Shown piece by piece: positions 1 through 9,460 of a stretch of 64,000 bases of DNA (position 1 is the first letter of the stretch; every line of letters begins with the position of its first letter). Under the pieces are notes generated by a model that made no database searches, was not told where the DNA came from, and saw only the letters and a program-made list of their open reading frames with translations. The position numbers and the translations under genes are program-made. This stretch comes from Candidatus Entotheonellaceae bacterium (GTDB lineage Bacteria > Tectomicrobia > Entotheonellia > Entotheonellales > Entotheonellaceae): NCBI GenBank assembly GCA_965238075.1, contig OZ250173.1:672001-736000 (forward strand), in the 5' to 3' direction.

Positions 1-745
1 CCGTCTGCCAGGAGTCAGCCGTCCAGGTCTCGTGGCCCGGCTCGCCAGGGGCGGGAACCGTGTAGGTACGCCACGCCTGGGTGCCGTCGTCCACATTGTA
101 GGCCGCTACGTAACCGCGGATGCCGAACTCGCCGCCGGAGACGCCAACCAGCACCTTGCCCTGAGCGGTCAGGGGCGCCAGGGTCATGTAGTAACCCCTC
201 TGGTAGTCGTCTACCGCCATTTCCCAATTCACCTCGCCGGTCTTGGCGTTGAGCGCCACGAGGAAGCAATCCGTGGTCGCCACGAACACCTGGTCGCCGT
301 ACAGGCCGGGGCCGCGGTTGGTCGGGTGAATCTCAACCAGATCCTCAGGCTTCTCACGCTTGTAGCGCCACAACTGCGCGCCGGTCGCCGCGTCGAGGGC
401 GATCACCTGGTTGCTCGGCGTGGTGACGAACATGACGCCGTCGTTGACGACCGGCGGTGCCTGGTGGCCTTCCACCACGCCAGTCGAGAACAGCCACGAC
501 GGCCGCAGGTTCGCTACGTTGCCGGTGTTGATCTGATCCAGGGGGCTGTGCATCCAGCCCTCGTAGTTGCCGCGAATCTGCAACCAGTTATGCGCTTCCT
601 GGCTGGCCAGCCGCTCGTCCGTTACGGTGCTGTAATTCTCTATCGGTCCCGGCGTCGGAGTCGGCGGCTGGGCCGCGGCACTGAACGCCATGGCCAGGCT
701 GACCGCGAACGCGACCGCAAGGGCCGTGAAGGTTCTACTGGACAT
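1..745 (-). CDS. PQQ-dependent dehydrogenase (alcohol/methanol family), N-terminal part; runs off the window
   Basis: Not in the ORF track because it has no stop in the window. Hand translation from ATG 745 (AAGGAGG RBS) gives signal peptide MSSRTFTALAVAFAVSLAMAFSAAAQ, then VTDERL...NWLQIRGNYEGWMHSPLDQINTGNVANLRPSWLFSTG...HQAPPVVNDGVMFVTTP...ALDAATGAQLWRY, typical PQQ beta-propeller motifs. Confidence 0.85.
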   Translation of the reverse strand, partial: MSSRTFTALAVAFAVSLAMAFSAAAQPPTPTPGPIENYSTVTDERLASQEAHNWLQIRGNYEGWMHSPLDQINTGNVANLRPSWLFSTGVVEGHQAPPVVNDGVMFVTTPSNQVIALDAATGAQLWRYKREKPEDLVEIHPTNRGPGLYGDQVFVATTDCFLVALNAKTGEVNWEMAVDDYQRGYYMTLAPLTAQGKVLVGVSGGEFGIRGYVAAYNVDDGTQAWRTYTVPAPGEPGHETWTADSWQT

Positions 746-997
746 AATCCCTCCTTGAAGAGTGGAATCATTCCCCCAAACGGGAACGTTCTTGTTTTCT
801 TACGATGCCAGACAGCATAGCGGCTGGCCCTGCGGCTGGCAATGAAAAAAACCGCTGCGTGGCTTGACGAAGCGCAGGGTCCCAACGGGCCGCAAGGTGC
901 CCGAGGCCCGGTTTACATCGGTTCGGCAAGTTCGTAGAGTAACAAGTTTTGTTGGCCTGCTCAGGATTCTCGACTCACAACGGAGGCAAGACACGCG

Positions 998-2599
998 ATG
1001 CAGCACAGCGCTGCGGTACGGACGCCCCCCGCCGGCAAGTGGATCATTGCCGGCACCGTGGTTCTGGGCTCGTTCGTATCGGTAATGGATATCAGCATCG
1101 TCAACGTGGCGATGCCGCAAATGATCAGCACCTTCGGCGTGTCGCTGGACGCCATCACCTGGGTGGCGGTGGCCTACAGCATCTCCGAGATCATCCTCGT
1201 CACCATGGCCGCCTGGTTCAGCACCCTGATGGGCCGCAAGCGCTTCTTCGTCTTCTCCTTCATCCTGTTTACCGCCGCCTCCCTGCTGTGCGGCCTGGCC
1301 CGTTCCATCGAAATGATGATCCTGGCGCGCATTCTGCAAGGCATCGGCGGCGGCGGGCTCATTCCGGTATCGCAGGCCATCGTGCTGGAGACCTTCCCGG
1401 AGGAAGAACGCGGCATGGCCATGGCGCTGTATGCCATGGGGGTGACCATCGCACCGGCTGTCGGGCCCGTGCTGGGCGGCTGGCTGACCGATCAGTATGG
1501 TTGGCCGTGGATTTTCTACATCAATCTGCCGCTGGGGGCCCTCGGCATCGGCCTGTCGATAATCGTGCTTAAGGACCCGCCGTATTTGCAGCGCACCCTG
1601 GCGCGCATCGACGTGTTGGGCATCATCCTGCTGGCGGTGGGGCTGACGGCCCTGCAACTGTTCCTGGAGCGCGGCGAGCGCGAGCAGTGGTTCGCCTCTT
1701 CCTTCATTGTGCTGCTGGCGGTGGTCGCCGGGATCTCACTGGTCGCGTTGGTGGTATGGGAACTGTACGCCGAGGAACCGATCATTCACCTGCGGCTGCT
1801 CAAGAACGTGCCCTTCAGCGCCGGCATCGGCCTGGGGTTTCTGTTCGGCATTACGCTGTTCGGCAGCATCTTTGTGCTGCCCTTGTTTCTGCAGCGGCTG
1901 CAGGGCTATTCGGTGACGGATTCGGGGTTGTTGCAGCTGCCGCGCACGCTGATCATGCTGGTGGTGACGCCCATCGCCGGGCGGCTCTACAACTCGGTGG
2001 ACAGCCGCCTGCTGATCGGCCTCGGCGTGCTGATGATGATGGTGGGATACCTGAATATGTCGGGCTTCACGCTGGACATGGGATGGACGCACATGATGAC
2101 CAGTTTTCTGCTCACCGGGGCCGGCATGTCGTTCATGTTCGGCCCAATGTCGGCGGTGGTCATGCGCTCCGTGCCGATTCGGTCCCTCACCGCCGCCACC
2201 AGTCTATACACGCTCGGGCGCCGGGTGGGCGGCAACGTCGGCTACGCCTTCGTGGCCAGCCAGGTACAGCACCGCACCGCCTTTCACCGCGCCCGCCTGA
2301 TGGATCACGTCACACCCTACGACACCAGCACGAGTCAAATGCTCGACGGGCTCACCAGGAGGCTCGGCAGCGGTCCCGGACTGGCGCCGGGAACGGCGGA
2401 GCGCGGTGCGCTGATGCTCCTGAACGGCACCGTCACCCGCCACGCCGCCATGATGGCCTACAACGACGTGTTCTGGCTGATGGGCATGCTGTTCATCCTG
2501 AGCATCCCGTTCGTGCTGATGCTCAGCCGCGGCAGCGGCCATGCGGCCCAGGCCCGCAAGGAGGCGGGACAGCGGGGGAAGGAAGTCATCCGACGGTGA
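998..2599 (+). CDS. DHA2-family (EmrB/QacA) MFS efflux transporter
   Basis: MDISIVNVAMP motif D1, 'LMGRKR' motif A, 'ARILQGIGGG', 'APAVGPVLGGWL' motif C; ~14 TM segments; 533 aa. Confidence 0.9.
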   Translation: MQHSAAVRTPPAGKWIIAGTVVLGSFVSVMDISIVNVAMPQMISTFGVSLDAITWVAVAYSISEIILVTMAAWFSTLMGRKRFFVFSFILFTAASLLCGLARSIEMMILARILQGIGGGGLIPVSQAIVLETFPEEERGMAMALYAMGVTIAPAVGPVLGGWLTDQYGWPWIFYINLPLGALGIGLSIIVLKDPPYLQRTLARIDVLGIILLAVGLTALQLFLERGEREQWFASSFIVLLAVVAGISLVALVVWELYAEEPIIHLRLLKNVPFSAGIGLGFLFGITLFGSIFVLPLFLQRLQGYSVTDSGLLQLPRTLIMLVVTPIAGRLYNSVDSRLLIGLGVLMMMVGYLNMSGFTLDMGWTHMMTSFLLTGAGMSFMFGPMSAVVMRSVPIRSLTAATSLYTLGRRVGGNVGYAFVASQVQHRTAFHRARLMDHVTPYDTSTSQMLDGLTRRLGSGPGLAPGTAERGALMLLNGTVTRHAAMMAYNDVFWLMGMLFILSIPFVLMLSRGSGHAAQARKEAGQRGKEVIRR

Positions 2600-2912
2600 G
2601 CGATTTCAACTGGACGGCCAACACCTTCTTGCGCCCGCCCTTGCCGAACGCCTCGTCGAACTCCTTGATCAATCCCTGGATGGCCTCGGAATTGACCGCC
2701 TTTTGCATCGCTTCGTAGGTCTCGAACTCATACATGGCCATGAAGCGGTACTCGTCCTCGCCTTCCATGATCTGGTAGCGCCGCCCGCTGACCACGCCGG
2801 GAAAGCGTTCCAGCGCCTTGGGCAGATGGTCCTCGTTGTACCAGCGGTTAAACGCCTCCTCCGCCTCCGGCTTCACCTTCGCCATGACGATGAACAGCCC
2901 TTTCTTGTCCAT
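2586..2912 (-). CDS. DUF4286/EthD-like dimeric alpha-beta barrel protein
   Basis: 'EEAFNRWYNEDHLP...PGVVSGRRY...FMAMYEF' pattern; GGAGG upstream of ATG 2912. Confidence 0.65.
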   Translation of the reverse strand: MDKKGLFIVMAKVKPEAEEAFNRWYNEDHLPKALERFPGVVSGRRYQIMEGEDEYRFMAMYEFETYEAMQKAVNSEAIQGLIKEFDEAFGKGGRKKVLAVQLKSLTVG

Positions 2913-3915
2913 TCTCGAGACCTCCATTCGGGTTTGAATTGGTGTGCGATGCGCCGCCCGGCTGCGATGGCCCGGCTTCCCCGCCCTTCAATTTTCCCAA
3001 CAGCTTGCGACCGCGCCGGCGCAACTTGGCGAGCGGACCGGGAAGCCGCCGCAAGGCGATCTGGCCGGCGCGCTCGCGGACGATCTGCGCGTTGCCCGCC
3101 AGCATGTAAACGTGCAGCTTGCGCAGCGCCGCGGCGTCCTGGCCGAACGGCGCCGACAAAGCTTGGCGCTGGAACGCTTCCCACGCATCCCAGCGGCGCG
3201 CCTTGCCGTTGCAGAACAACACGGCGCCGCCGGCTTCCTGAACGAGCACGGCGCCGGCTACCATGTCCCACAGGCGTGCGCCGCTAATGACGGTCAACTG
3301 AAACGTGCCGCGCGCCGCGTAGGCCAGCTCGTAGGCGATGCTGCCCGCCGAGCGCACGTTGAGGCGCTGGACCTTGGCGCCGCGCTGCACGCGATATTGG
3401 TGCAGCATCCAACCCGGCGTGCTGGCCAGGCGCGTGCCGTCCGGCATGTCGGACTTGGCTGCCTGCATGGGCTCGTCATTACAATACGCGCCGCCGCCCA
3501 CATGGGCGCGGAAAATCGTGCCGCCCGGGCCTTCCCACGGCACGGCGACGACGCCGAGCACCGGCACGCCGCGAAAACACAGGCCCATGGAGACGGCGAA
3601 GGCGGGCAGGCCGGCCGCAAAGTTCGTGGTGCCGTCGAGAGGGTCGAGGAACCATAGGTAATCGGCTTCAGGGTTGACGGCGGCCTCGGCCTCCTCGCCG
3701 ATGATGCCGTGGCCGGGAAAAGCGTGGCTGAGGGCGTCCCGCAGCAGCGCCTCGGAACGCCGGTCGGCCTCGGTGACCGGCGACTGCTGGCCCTTTTCCT
3801 TGAACTCCACCTCAAGAGGCCGCCGGAAGTACGACAGCAGCAACGCGCCGGCTTCTTGAATGGCCTGCACGCACACGGCCTCGGCGTCGACCAGTACCTG
3901 ACGGTCGACCTGCAT
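2848..3915 (-). CDS. Inositol monophosphatase family protein
   Basis: VTEAD, GEE, DPLDGTTNF, GSIAYELAY and LWDMVAG motifs; start chosen at MQVDRQ; low-complexity C-tail overlaps the next gene by 65 nt. Confidence 0.88.
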   Translation of the reverse strand: MQVDRQVLVDAEAVCVQAIQEAGALLLSYFRRPLEVEFKEKGQQSPVTEADRRSEALLRDALSHAFPGHGIIGEEAEAAVNPEADYLWFLDPLDGTTNFAAGLPAFAVSMGLCFRGVPVLGVVAVPWEGPGGTIFRAHVGGGAYCNDEPMQAAKSDMPDGTRLASTPGWMLHQYRVQRGAKVQRLNVRSAGSIAYELAYAARGTFQLTVISGARLWDMVAGAVLVQEAGGAVLFCNGKARRWDAWEAFQRQALSAPFGQDAAALRKLHVYMLAGNAQIVRERAGQIALRRLPGPLAKLRRRGRKLLGKLKGGEAGPSQPGGASHTNSNPNGGLENGQERAVHRHGEGEAGGGGGV

Positions 3916-3931
3916 CGCCGCGGCTTCCCCC

Positions 3932-4447
3932 TTAACCATCGGTGTCGGACGGTTGCGCGTCCGCACGTCGCAGATGGAGAAACGCCTCGCGGATGGCATC
4001 GGCCGCAATGGCGACGCCGAGACTGTGCTCGGCGGTTTCCGCGAACTGCGCCTGTTCGTGCAGGCGGGCGGCGAGGGTCGCCGCAACCTCGGCGATCTCG
4101 GCGGCGCTCGACGATTCGGCAAAGGCCCGCATGTCGGCGGCGTCCATCTCGGACAGGCAATTGCCGACGTGCTGCGCCAGCACCGTGTATTCAATGCCGC
4201 GCTGGTACAGCTCCCGCAGCGGCGGCACGTGCCGTCCCAGGTAGCACTGCCCGAAGTGCAGCACCTTGTAGGGGATGTCTTCGTGCGTCTCCGCCAGTTC
4301 GCGGCGCGCCTCGAGGCCGTGCTCCCGCAGGTAGTCCCGCACCCACGGGTCCTCCGGGTCGGCACGCTGCTGATTGAAATACAGTTTGAATCGCACCATC
4401 GACAGGCCGTTGGGTTCCGTTTCGACAATCACCGCGCTACTCCTCAC
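3932..4447 (-). CDS. Hypothetical protein
   Basis: 171-aa ORF with globular composition, packed between the HAD and IMPase genes on the same strand. Confidence 0.6.
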   Translation of the reverse strand: MRSSAVIVETEPNGLSMVRFKLYFNQQRADPEDPWVRDYLREHGLEARRELAETHEDIPYKVLHFGQCYLGRHVPPLRELYQRGIEYTVLAQHVGNCLSEMDAADMRAFAESSSAAEIAEVAATLAARLHEQAQFAETAEHSLGVAIAADAIREAFLHLRRADAQPSDTDG

Positions 4448-4453
4448 CGTTAG

Positions 4454-5149
4454 CTAGGCGTCGAGCCCCAGGTATTGCAGCACCGCCTGTTGGTCACTCA
4501 GATCGACAAAACAATGGTCCGGCGCATGGGCTTGCAGATCTTCGAGGCAATAATTGCCCGTCGCCACCGCCACGGCCTGCAACCCGTGCGCCCGCGCGCA
4601 ATCGATGTCGCGCGGCGTGTCGCCGATCACAAAGGTACGCTCCGGCCCGATGTAGGTCACGCAGTACTGCCGGGCGCGCAGTTGGGCCACCGGCACCAGG
4701 GCCTTACGGTCCTCGTTGTCGCTGCCGTAGGCGCCGATGCGGAAGTAGTGCAGGATGCCGAATGACTCCAGCTTGAGTTGTGCCCCGGTAACGAAATTGC
4801 CGGTCAGCAGCCCCAGGACAACGTTCTCGTTGGCCGCCATGGTGTCAAGCAAGCCCGGCAGCCCTGGCTTGAGGTGGCGCGGACGGTCGGACTCGTTCAG
4901 AGTGTTCTTCAGATGGCCGACGTAACAGTCGTGAAACGCCTGCAAATCGCGCTGTGCCGGGTCGACGCCGGCGGCATCCCAGGCTTCCCGCAGGATCGCC
5001 GGATCGGTCTTGCCGGACATCTCGATGCCGGCAAAGGCGTCCGCAACGCCGTGGATTTCTTCGAAGGCCCTGCCCATGGCATCCCCCCCTGCGAGGCCGG
5101 TGCTCACGAGGGTGCCGTCGATATCGAAAAGGATGAGGGTCATGCTCAC
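4454..5149 (-). CDS. HAD-superfamily hydrolase (phosphoglycolate-phosphatase-like)
   Basis: FDIDGTL motif I, LLTGN motif II, IGDTPRD motif IV. Confidence 0.9.
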   Translation of the reverse strand: MSMTLILFDIDGTLVSTGLAGGDAMGRAFEEIHGVADAFAGIEMSGKTDPAILREAWDAAGVDPAQRDLQAFHDCYVGHLKNTLNESDRPRHLKPGLPGLLDTMAANENVVLGLLTGNFVTGAQLKLESFGILHYFRIGAYGSDNEDRKALVPVAQLRARQYCVTYIGPERTFVIGDTPRDIDCARAHGLQAVAVATGNYCLEDLQAHAPDHCFVDLSDQQAVLQYLGLDA

Positions 5150-5376
5150 CGGATTTCCTCCTAAGGGGCATTCTGTGGATCAAGGTCAAGACGTGGACGC
5201 CTATCTAAACCACGCGGCGTTGGCGTGTGTCAAGATTCTTTGGCCGGCAAGCCTTGCGTCAGGCGCCGGCCTGTCGGCGCCCCGGGCAATCTGTTACCAT
5301 GCCGGGCCAGGCGCAGCCGAATGAAAAGGAAGTCCGCTTACGCTTCGCTAAGACGACCTACATCGAAGGAATAACC

Positions 5377-5772
5377 GTGCCCGGAATTCTCGACCGACTG
5401 GCGCAGAACGCCCGCACTCACCTGTACGACTTTCTGCAACGGCACCTTTTCACAACGCCCGCCGCCGCGCCATGGCAGGCAGTTGACGACTGGCCGGACG
5501 AACCTCTCCATGACGACGCTGCCGAGCCGCACCAGCCGACCAGCCCCCTGCCTTACAGCGCCGGCCTCGCCGATGCCTACCGGTTGCTCGACCTGCCCTT
5601 TGGCGCACCCCTGGCGAACGCGAACAAGCGTTGGAAGACCTACCTGAAACGCTGCCATCCGGACCGTTTTCACGCAGACCCGCTCCGACAGGCCGACGCC
5701 ACCGAGCTCACCCAGCAACTGAACGCAGCTCACGCCCGTATCGAAGCCGCTTGGAAGAGCGCCCCCAGCTGA
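5377..5772 (+). CDS. Small protein with C-terminal J-domain
   Basis: AYRLLDL...KRCHPDRF...QQLNAAH J-domain signature; GTG start preceded by AAGGA. Confidence 0.7.
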   Translation: MPGILDRLAQNARTHLYDFLQRHLFTTPAAAPWQAVDDWPDEPLHDDAAEPHQPTSPLPYSAGLADAYRLLDLPFGAPLANANKRWKTYLKRCHPDRFHADPLRQADATELTQQLNAAHARIEAAWKSAPS

Positions 5773-5887
5773 GTCCGGGCGTGCATGAGCCCAGGGTGGC
5801 GCAGACATTCTCGTCTGCGCAGCTGAACCGCGCAGTCCGCGCGGCTGAACCGGACACGCATGTGCCCACCATCCGGGAGGAAAAACA

Positions 5888-6925
5888 ATGCCGATACTTG
5901 CACCGCAGCAACTGCATCAAATTGGCACGGACATCTTGCAGGCCGCCGGGGCGTCCGGCGAGGAAGCGCAGGTCGTCATGGAGCACCTGGTGGGGGCGAA
6001 CCTCGCCGGGCACGACTCGCACGGCATCATCCTGCTGCCCACCTACATCGCGCGCATCAAACGGTCCCACATCGTGCCCGGGGCGCCGATGGTAGTGGAG
6101 CGCGAAACGCCCAACAGCGCTCGCATCAACGGCAACTGGGGCTTCGGCTACGTGGTCACCGAGCGCGCCATGGAAATGGCCATCGCCAAGGCCCGCGAGC
6201 GGCAGGTGGCGGCCATCACCATTTACCAGCAAAGCCACGTCGGGCGCCTAGCCGATTACCCCCTGATGGCCGCCCGCGCCGGCATGATCGGTCTGATCAC
6301 CTGCGACTCCGGGCGCGGCCCCAAGGCGGTGGCGCCGTACGGCGGGCGCGAGGCGCGTCTCGGCACCAACCCGATCTCGGTGGCTTTCCCCAGCGATCTG
6401 GAAGGGCCGATCTTCCTCGACATGGCCACCAGCGCCGTGGCCGCTGGCAAGCTGGCCGTGCGCCGCAGCCGCGGCGAAGCGGCGCCGCCCGGCTGGGTAA
6501 TCGACAAGCACGGCAATCCCACCACCGACCTCGGTGTCTACTACGACGGCGGCGCCATCCTGCCCATGGGCGGCGATCAGGCACACAAAGGTTACGTGCT
6601 CTCCTTCATGGTCGAAACCCTGTCCGGCATTCTCACCGGCCTCGGCTTCGGCATCGACCCGCAAGGGCGGCACAACGACGGCTCCTTCCTGGCCGTGTTC
6701 GACGTCGAGGCGTTCCGGCCCCTGTCGGAGTTCAAGCGCGAAATCGCCGCCTTCGTCGACTACCTCAAAGCCACGCCACCGGCAGCGGGCTTCACCGAAG
6801 TGCTCTACCCCGGCGAGCTGGAATTCCGCACCACGCAGCAGCGCCAACGCGACGGCATCTACGTGGAGGACGCCACCTGGGAACTGATCACCGGACTGCA
6901 GCAGGAGTACGGTCTGAGCGGGTGA
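5888..6925 (+). CDS. Ldh_2-family oxidoreductase (malate/L-lactate/sulfolactate dehydrogenase-like)
   Basis: GHDSHG, SHVGRL, GTNPIS, LDMATS, HKGY, YPGELE motifs. Confidence 0.9.
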   Translation: MPILAPQQLHQIGTDILQAAGASGEEAQVVMEHLVGANLAGHDSHGIILLPTYIARIKRSHIVPGAPMVVERETPNSARINGNWGFGYVVTERAMEMAIAKARERQVAAITIYQQSHVGRLADYPLMAARAGMIGLITCDSGRGPKAVAPYGGREARLGTNPISVAFPSDLEGPIFLDMATSAVAAGKLAVRRSRGEAAPPGWVIDKHGNPTTDLGVYYDGGAILPMGGDQAHKGYVLSFMVETLSGILTGLGFGIDPQGRHNDGSFLAVFDVEAFRPLSEFKREIAAFVDYLKATPPAAGFTEVLYPGELEFRTTQQRQRDGIYVEDATWELITGLQQEYGLSG

Positions 6926-7221
6926 GGCGGCTTCCGCACTTGGTTGCAATAAAAACTGCGATCATTCAGACTTACGCCGTTTTATCGCCACCAGTCGGCG
7001 GGCAACACGTCCCGCGCGGAGCCCAGCGAACAGCGCTTAGAGCGGTTGGCGTTCGGTTGTCTGGCCTATCTACGCGCCTTGTCGTGATGCGCCGCATCGA
7101 GATCGTTCGTGACCGGGGCGTTTGTTTTACAGAACCTCGATCCGGCCCATGGGTTCTGCGGGGGTTGGGTTTTGGCGGTTCTGACGCGCCTTTTCGGCCA
7201 GGGATTTGTTGTCGGGGATAG

Positions 7222-7321
7222 AACCCCCCTTGCCCCCCTTATCAGGGGGGAATTTCTGAAGACTGCAAGGGCTCAAGGACAACGCCTCCGAAGCCCCCCT
7301 GATAAGGGGGGTCGGGGGGTT
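7222..7321. repeat. REP-like inverted repeat doublet (CCCCCCTTRTCAGGGGGG family)
   Basis: aaccccccttgccccccttatcagggggg ... ccccctgataaggggggtcggggggtt; the same core recurs at ~27325, ~34065 and ~62261. Confidence 0.75.
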
Positions 7322-7416
7322 ACACCAACGCAGGCGCAGGGCCGCTCGGGTGGATGTCTCCGTCCGACGCCTTACACTGCGGCAGATATCCCATATAGGC
7401 CTGCGGAAACCGCTCT

Positions 7417-8190
7417 ATGATGCTCGGCGTGCTTACCCAACTTGGCAGTGTCACCCTGACGCGGCTCGCCGCTCTCGGACGAGCCGCGTTTTTTGTGGGG
7501 CGGGTGCTGGGGCTTGTGGTCGTGCCGCCGCTGAAGGGGCGGCTCATTGTGCAACAGATGCACTTCATCGGGGCGCGCTCCGTGCTGGTTATCGCCCTGA
7601 CGGGCGCCTTCGCCGGCATGGTGCTGGGTCTGCAGGGCTTTCACGTGCTGACGCGGTTCGGCTCCGAGGCGCTGCTCGGGCAGTTCGTGTCGCTGACGCT
7701 GATTACCGAGTTGGGGCCGGTGTTTTCGGCCATCATGGTGACGGCGCGGGCCGGCTCGGCGATTACGGCGCAAATCGGCATCATGCGCATCACGGAGCAA
7801 CTCGACGCCATGACCGTCATGGCCCTCAACCCGTTGCGCTACGTGGCGGTGCCGAACGTCGTGGCGGGCACCCTGGTGATGCCGCTGCTCGGCGCCATGT
7901 TCTCGGTCGTCGGCATTTGGGGCGGCTACGTCGCCGGGGTGCTGATCCTCGGCGTCAACCGCGGCACGTATTTTGGTGGCATTGCGGACGTGGTCGATCT
8001 GCAGGACGTAACGAACGGCGTTTACAAATCCCTGTGCTTCGGGCTTGTCGTGTTGCTCATCAGTTGTTTCAAGGGCTATCACGCGGGCTACGGCGCCGAG
8101 GGCGTCAGCAAGGCAACCACGGAAGCGGTGGTGATCTCGGCGGTGCTGATCCTGGTGCTGGATTACGTTCTCAACACGGTGCTGCTGTGA
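7417..8190 (+). CDS. mlaE: MlaE-family ABC permease
   Basis: ELGPVFSAIMVTARAGSAITAQIGIMRITEQLDAM; GAEGVSKATTEAVV. Confidence 0.92.
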   Translation: MMLGVLTQLGSVTLTRLAALGRAAFFVGRVLGLVVVPPLKGRLIVQQMHFIGARSVLVIALTGAFAGMVLGLQGFHVLTRFGSEALLGQFVSLTLITELGPVFSAIMVTARAGSAITAQIGIMRITEQLDAMTVMALNPLRYVAVPNVVAGTLVMPLLGAMFSVVGIWGGYVAGVLILGVNRGTYFGGIADVVDLQDVTNGVYKSLCFGLVVLLISCFKGYHAGYGAEGVSKATTEAVVISAVLILVLDYVLNTVLL

Positions 8191-8990
8191 CGTCAGCCGC
8201 GCCGCCGGCCCCGGACCATCCGGTCATCCGCGCCGAGGGCCTGTACAAGCGCTTCGGCGAACAGGTCGTGTTGCGCGGCGTGGACCTCGACGTTATGCCC
8301 GGCGAGATACTGGCCATCGTCGGCCGCAGCGGCGCCGGCAAGAGCGTGCTGCTGAAAAACCTCATCGGCCTGTTGCGGCCCGACAGCGGCACCGTGCTGG
8401 TGGCGGGCGAGGACCTGCACCGGGCACGCGGACGGCGCCTGTCGCGGCTGCGCGAGCGTTTTGGCATGCTGTTTCAAGGCGGCGCCTTGTTCGACTCGCT
8501 CAGCGTGGCCGACAATGTGGCGTTTCCACTGCAGGAGAAGACGCGCCAGTCAAGGGGTGGGCGGGACAACGCTGGCCAGCCAGTGGCCGAGGCGGTGGCG
8601 GAAATGCTGAAAAGCGTCGGTCTGCAAGGAGCGGACGACAAGTTTCCCGCCGAATTGAGCGGCGGCATGCGCAAGCGGGCCGCTTTGGCGCGCGCTCTGG
8701 CGCATCGCCCGGAGATCATGCTGTTCGATGAGCCGACGACGGGCTTGGATCCCATCATGGTACGGGCCATCCACCGGCTCATCGCCGACACGCAGCAGCG
8801 TTTTCAGTACACCGCGGTGGTGGTCAGTCACGAGGTGCCAGGAATTTTCGAGATCGCCTCCCGCGTTGCCATGCTACACGAGGGCGCCTTGTTGGAGGTC
8901 GCCACGCCGGACGCCTTCCAGGGGTCCGCCAACCCCGTGGTGCAACAGTTCATCGCCGGGCGTCTCGAAGGGCCGCTCGCACCTACGTAG
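8187..8990 (+). CDS. mlaF: MlaF-family ABC ATPase
   Basis: GRSGAGKS Walker A, FQGGALFDS, LSGGMRKR, FDEPTTGLDP; GTG overlaps the mlaE stop. Confidence 0.9.
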   Translation: MTSAAPPAPDHPVIRAEGLYKRFGEQVVLRGVDLDVMPGEILAIVGRSGAGKSVLLKNLIGLLRPDSGTVLVAGEDLHRARGRRLSRLRERFGMLFQGGALFDSLSVADNVAFPLQEKTRQSRGGRDNAGQPVAEAVAEMLKSVGLQGADDKFPAELSGGMRKRAALARALAHRPEIMLFDEPTTGLDPIMVRAIHRLIADTQQRFQYTAVVVSHEVPGIFEIASRVAMLHEGALLEVATPDAFQGSANPVVQQFIAGRLEGPLAPT

Positions 8991-9018
8991 CGTTACGGGG
9001 TTCCATTTTGGAGGGGAT

Positions 9019-9459
9019 ATGAAACGACTCCGTCTCGAAGCGGTTGTCGGCTTGTTCGTCGTGGTGGGGCTGGGCTGCCTGGCTTATCTGTCCGTGCAGT
9101 TGGCCAGGGTACAGCTCTTGGGCGGTAACATGTACACGCTGACAGCCGTCTTTCCAACCGTATCCGGGCTGCGCAGTGGTGCGTCGGTGGAAATCGCCGG
9201 GGTGACGGTGGGCCATGTGCAGAGCGTCGAACTGGACGATTTTGACGCTGTGGTCACCATGCGTGTGAGAAAGGAGGTTCAACTCAGCACGGACGCGATT
9301 GTCTCCATTCGCACGCGCGGGTTGATTGGCGAGAAGTATCTGCGTGTGAGCCAGGGCGCCGACGAGCGGACGATTCCGGCCGGTGGCCGTGTGCGGGAGG
9401 TCGAGCCGCCGCTCGACTTCGAGGAGATGATCGCTCAACTTATCCAGGGGAAAATTTAA
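9019..9459 (+). CDS. mlaD: MlaD MCE-domain protein
   Basis: N-terminal TM, SGLRSGASVEIAGVTVGHV, IRTRGLIGEKY. Confidence 0.9.
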   Translation: MKRLRLEAVVGLFVVVGLGCLAYLSVQLARVQLLGGNMYTLTAVFPTVSGLRSGASVEIAGVTVGHVQSVELDDFDAVVTMRVRKEVQLSTDAIVSIRTRGLIGEKYLRVSQGADERTIPAGGRVREVEPPLDFEEMIAQLIQGKI

Positions 9460-9460
9460 G

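Noticed and set aside
846-960. Possible riboswitch around the gggccgcaaggtgccc GNRA hairpin between the divergent PQQ and MFS genes
   Set aside because: No aptamer consensus could be matched by eye; an Rfam scan would be needed
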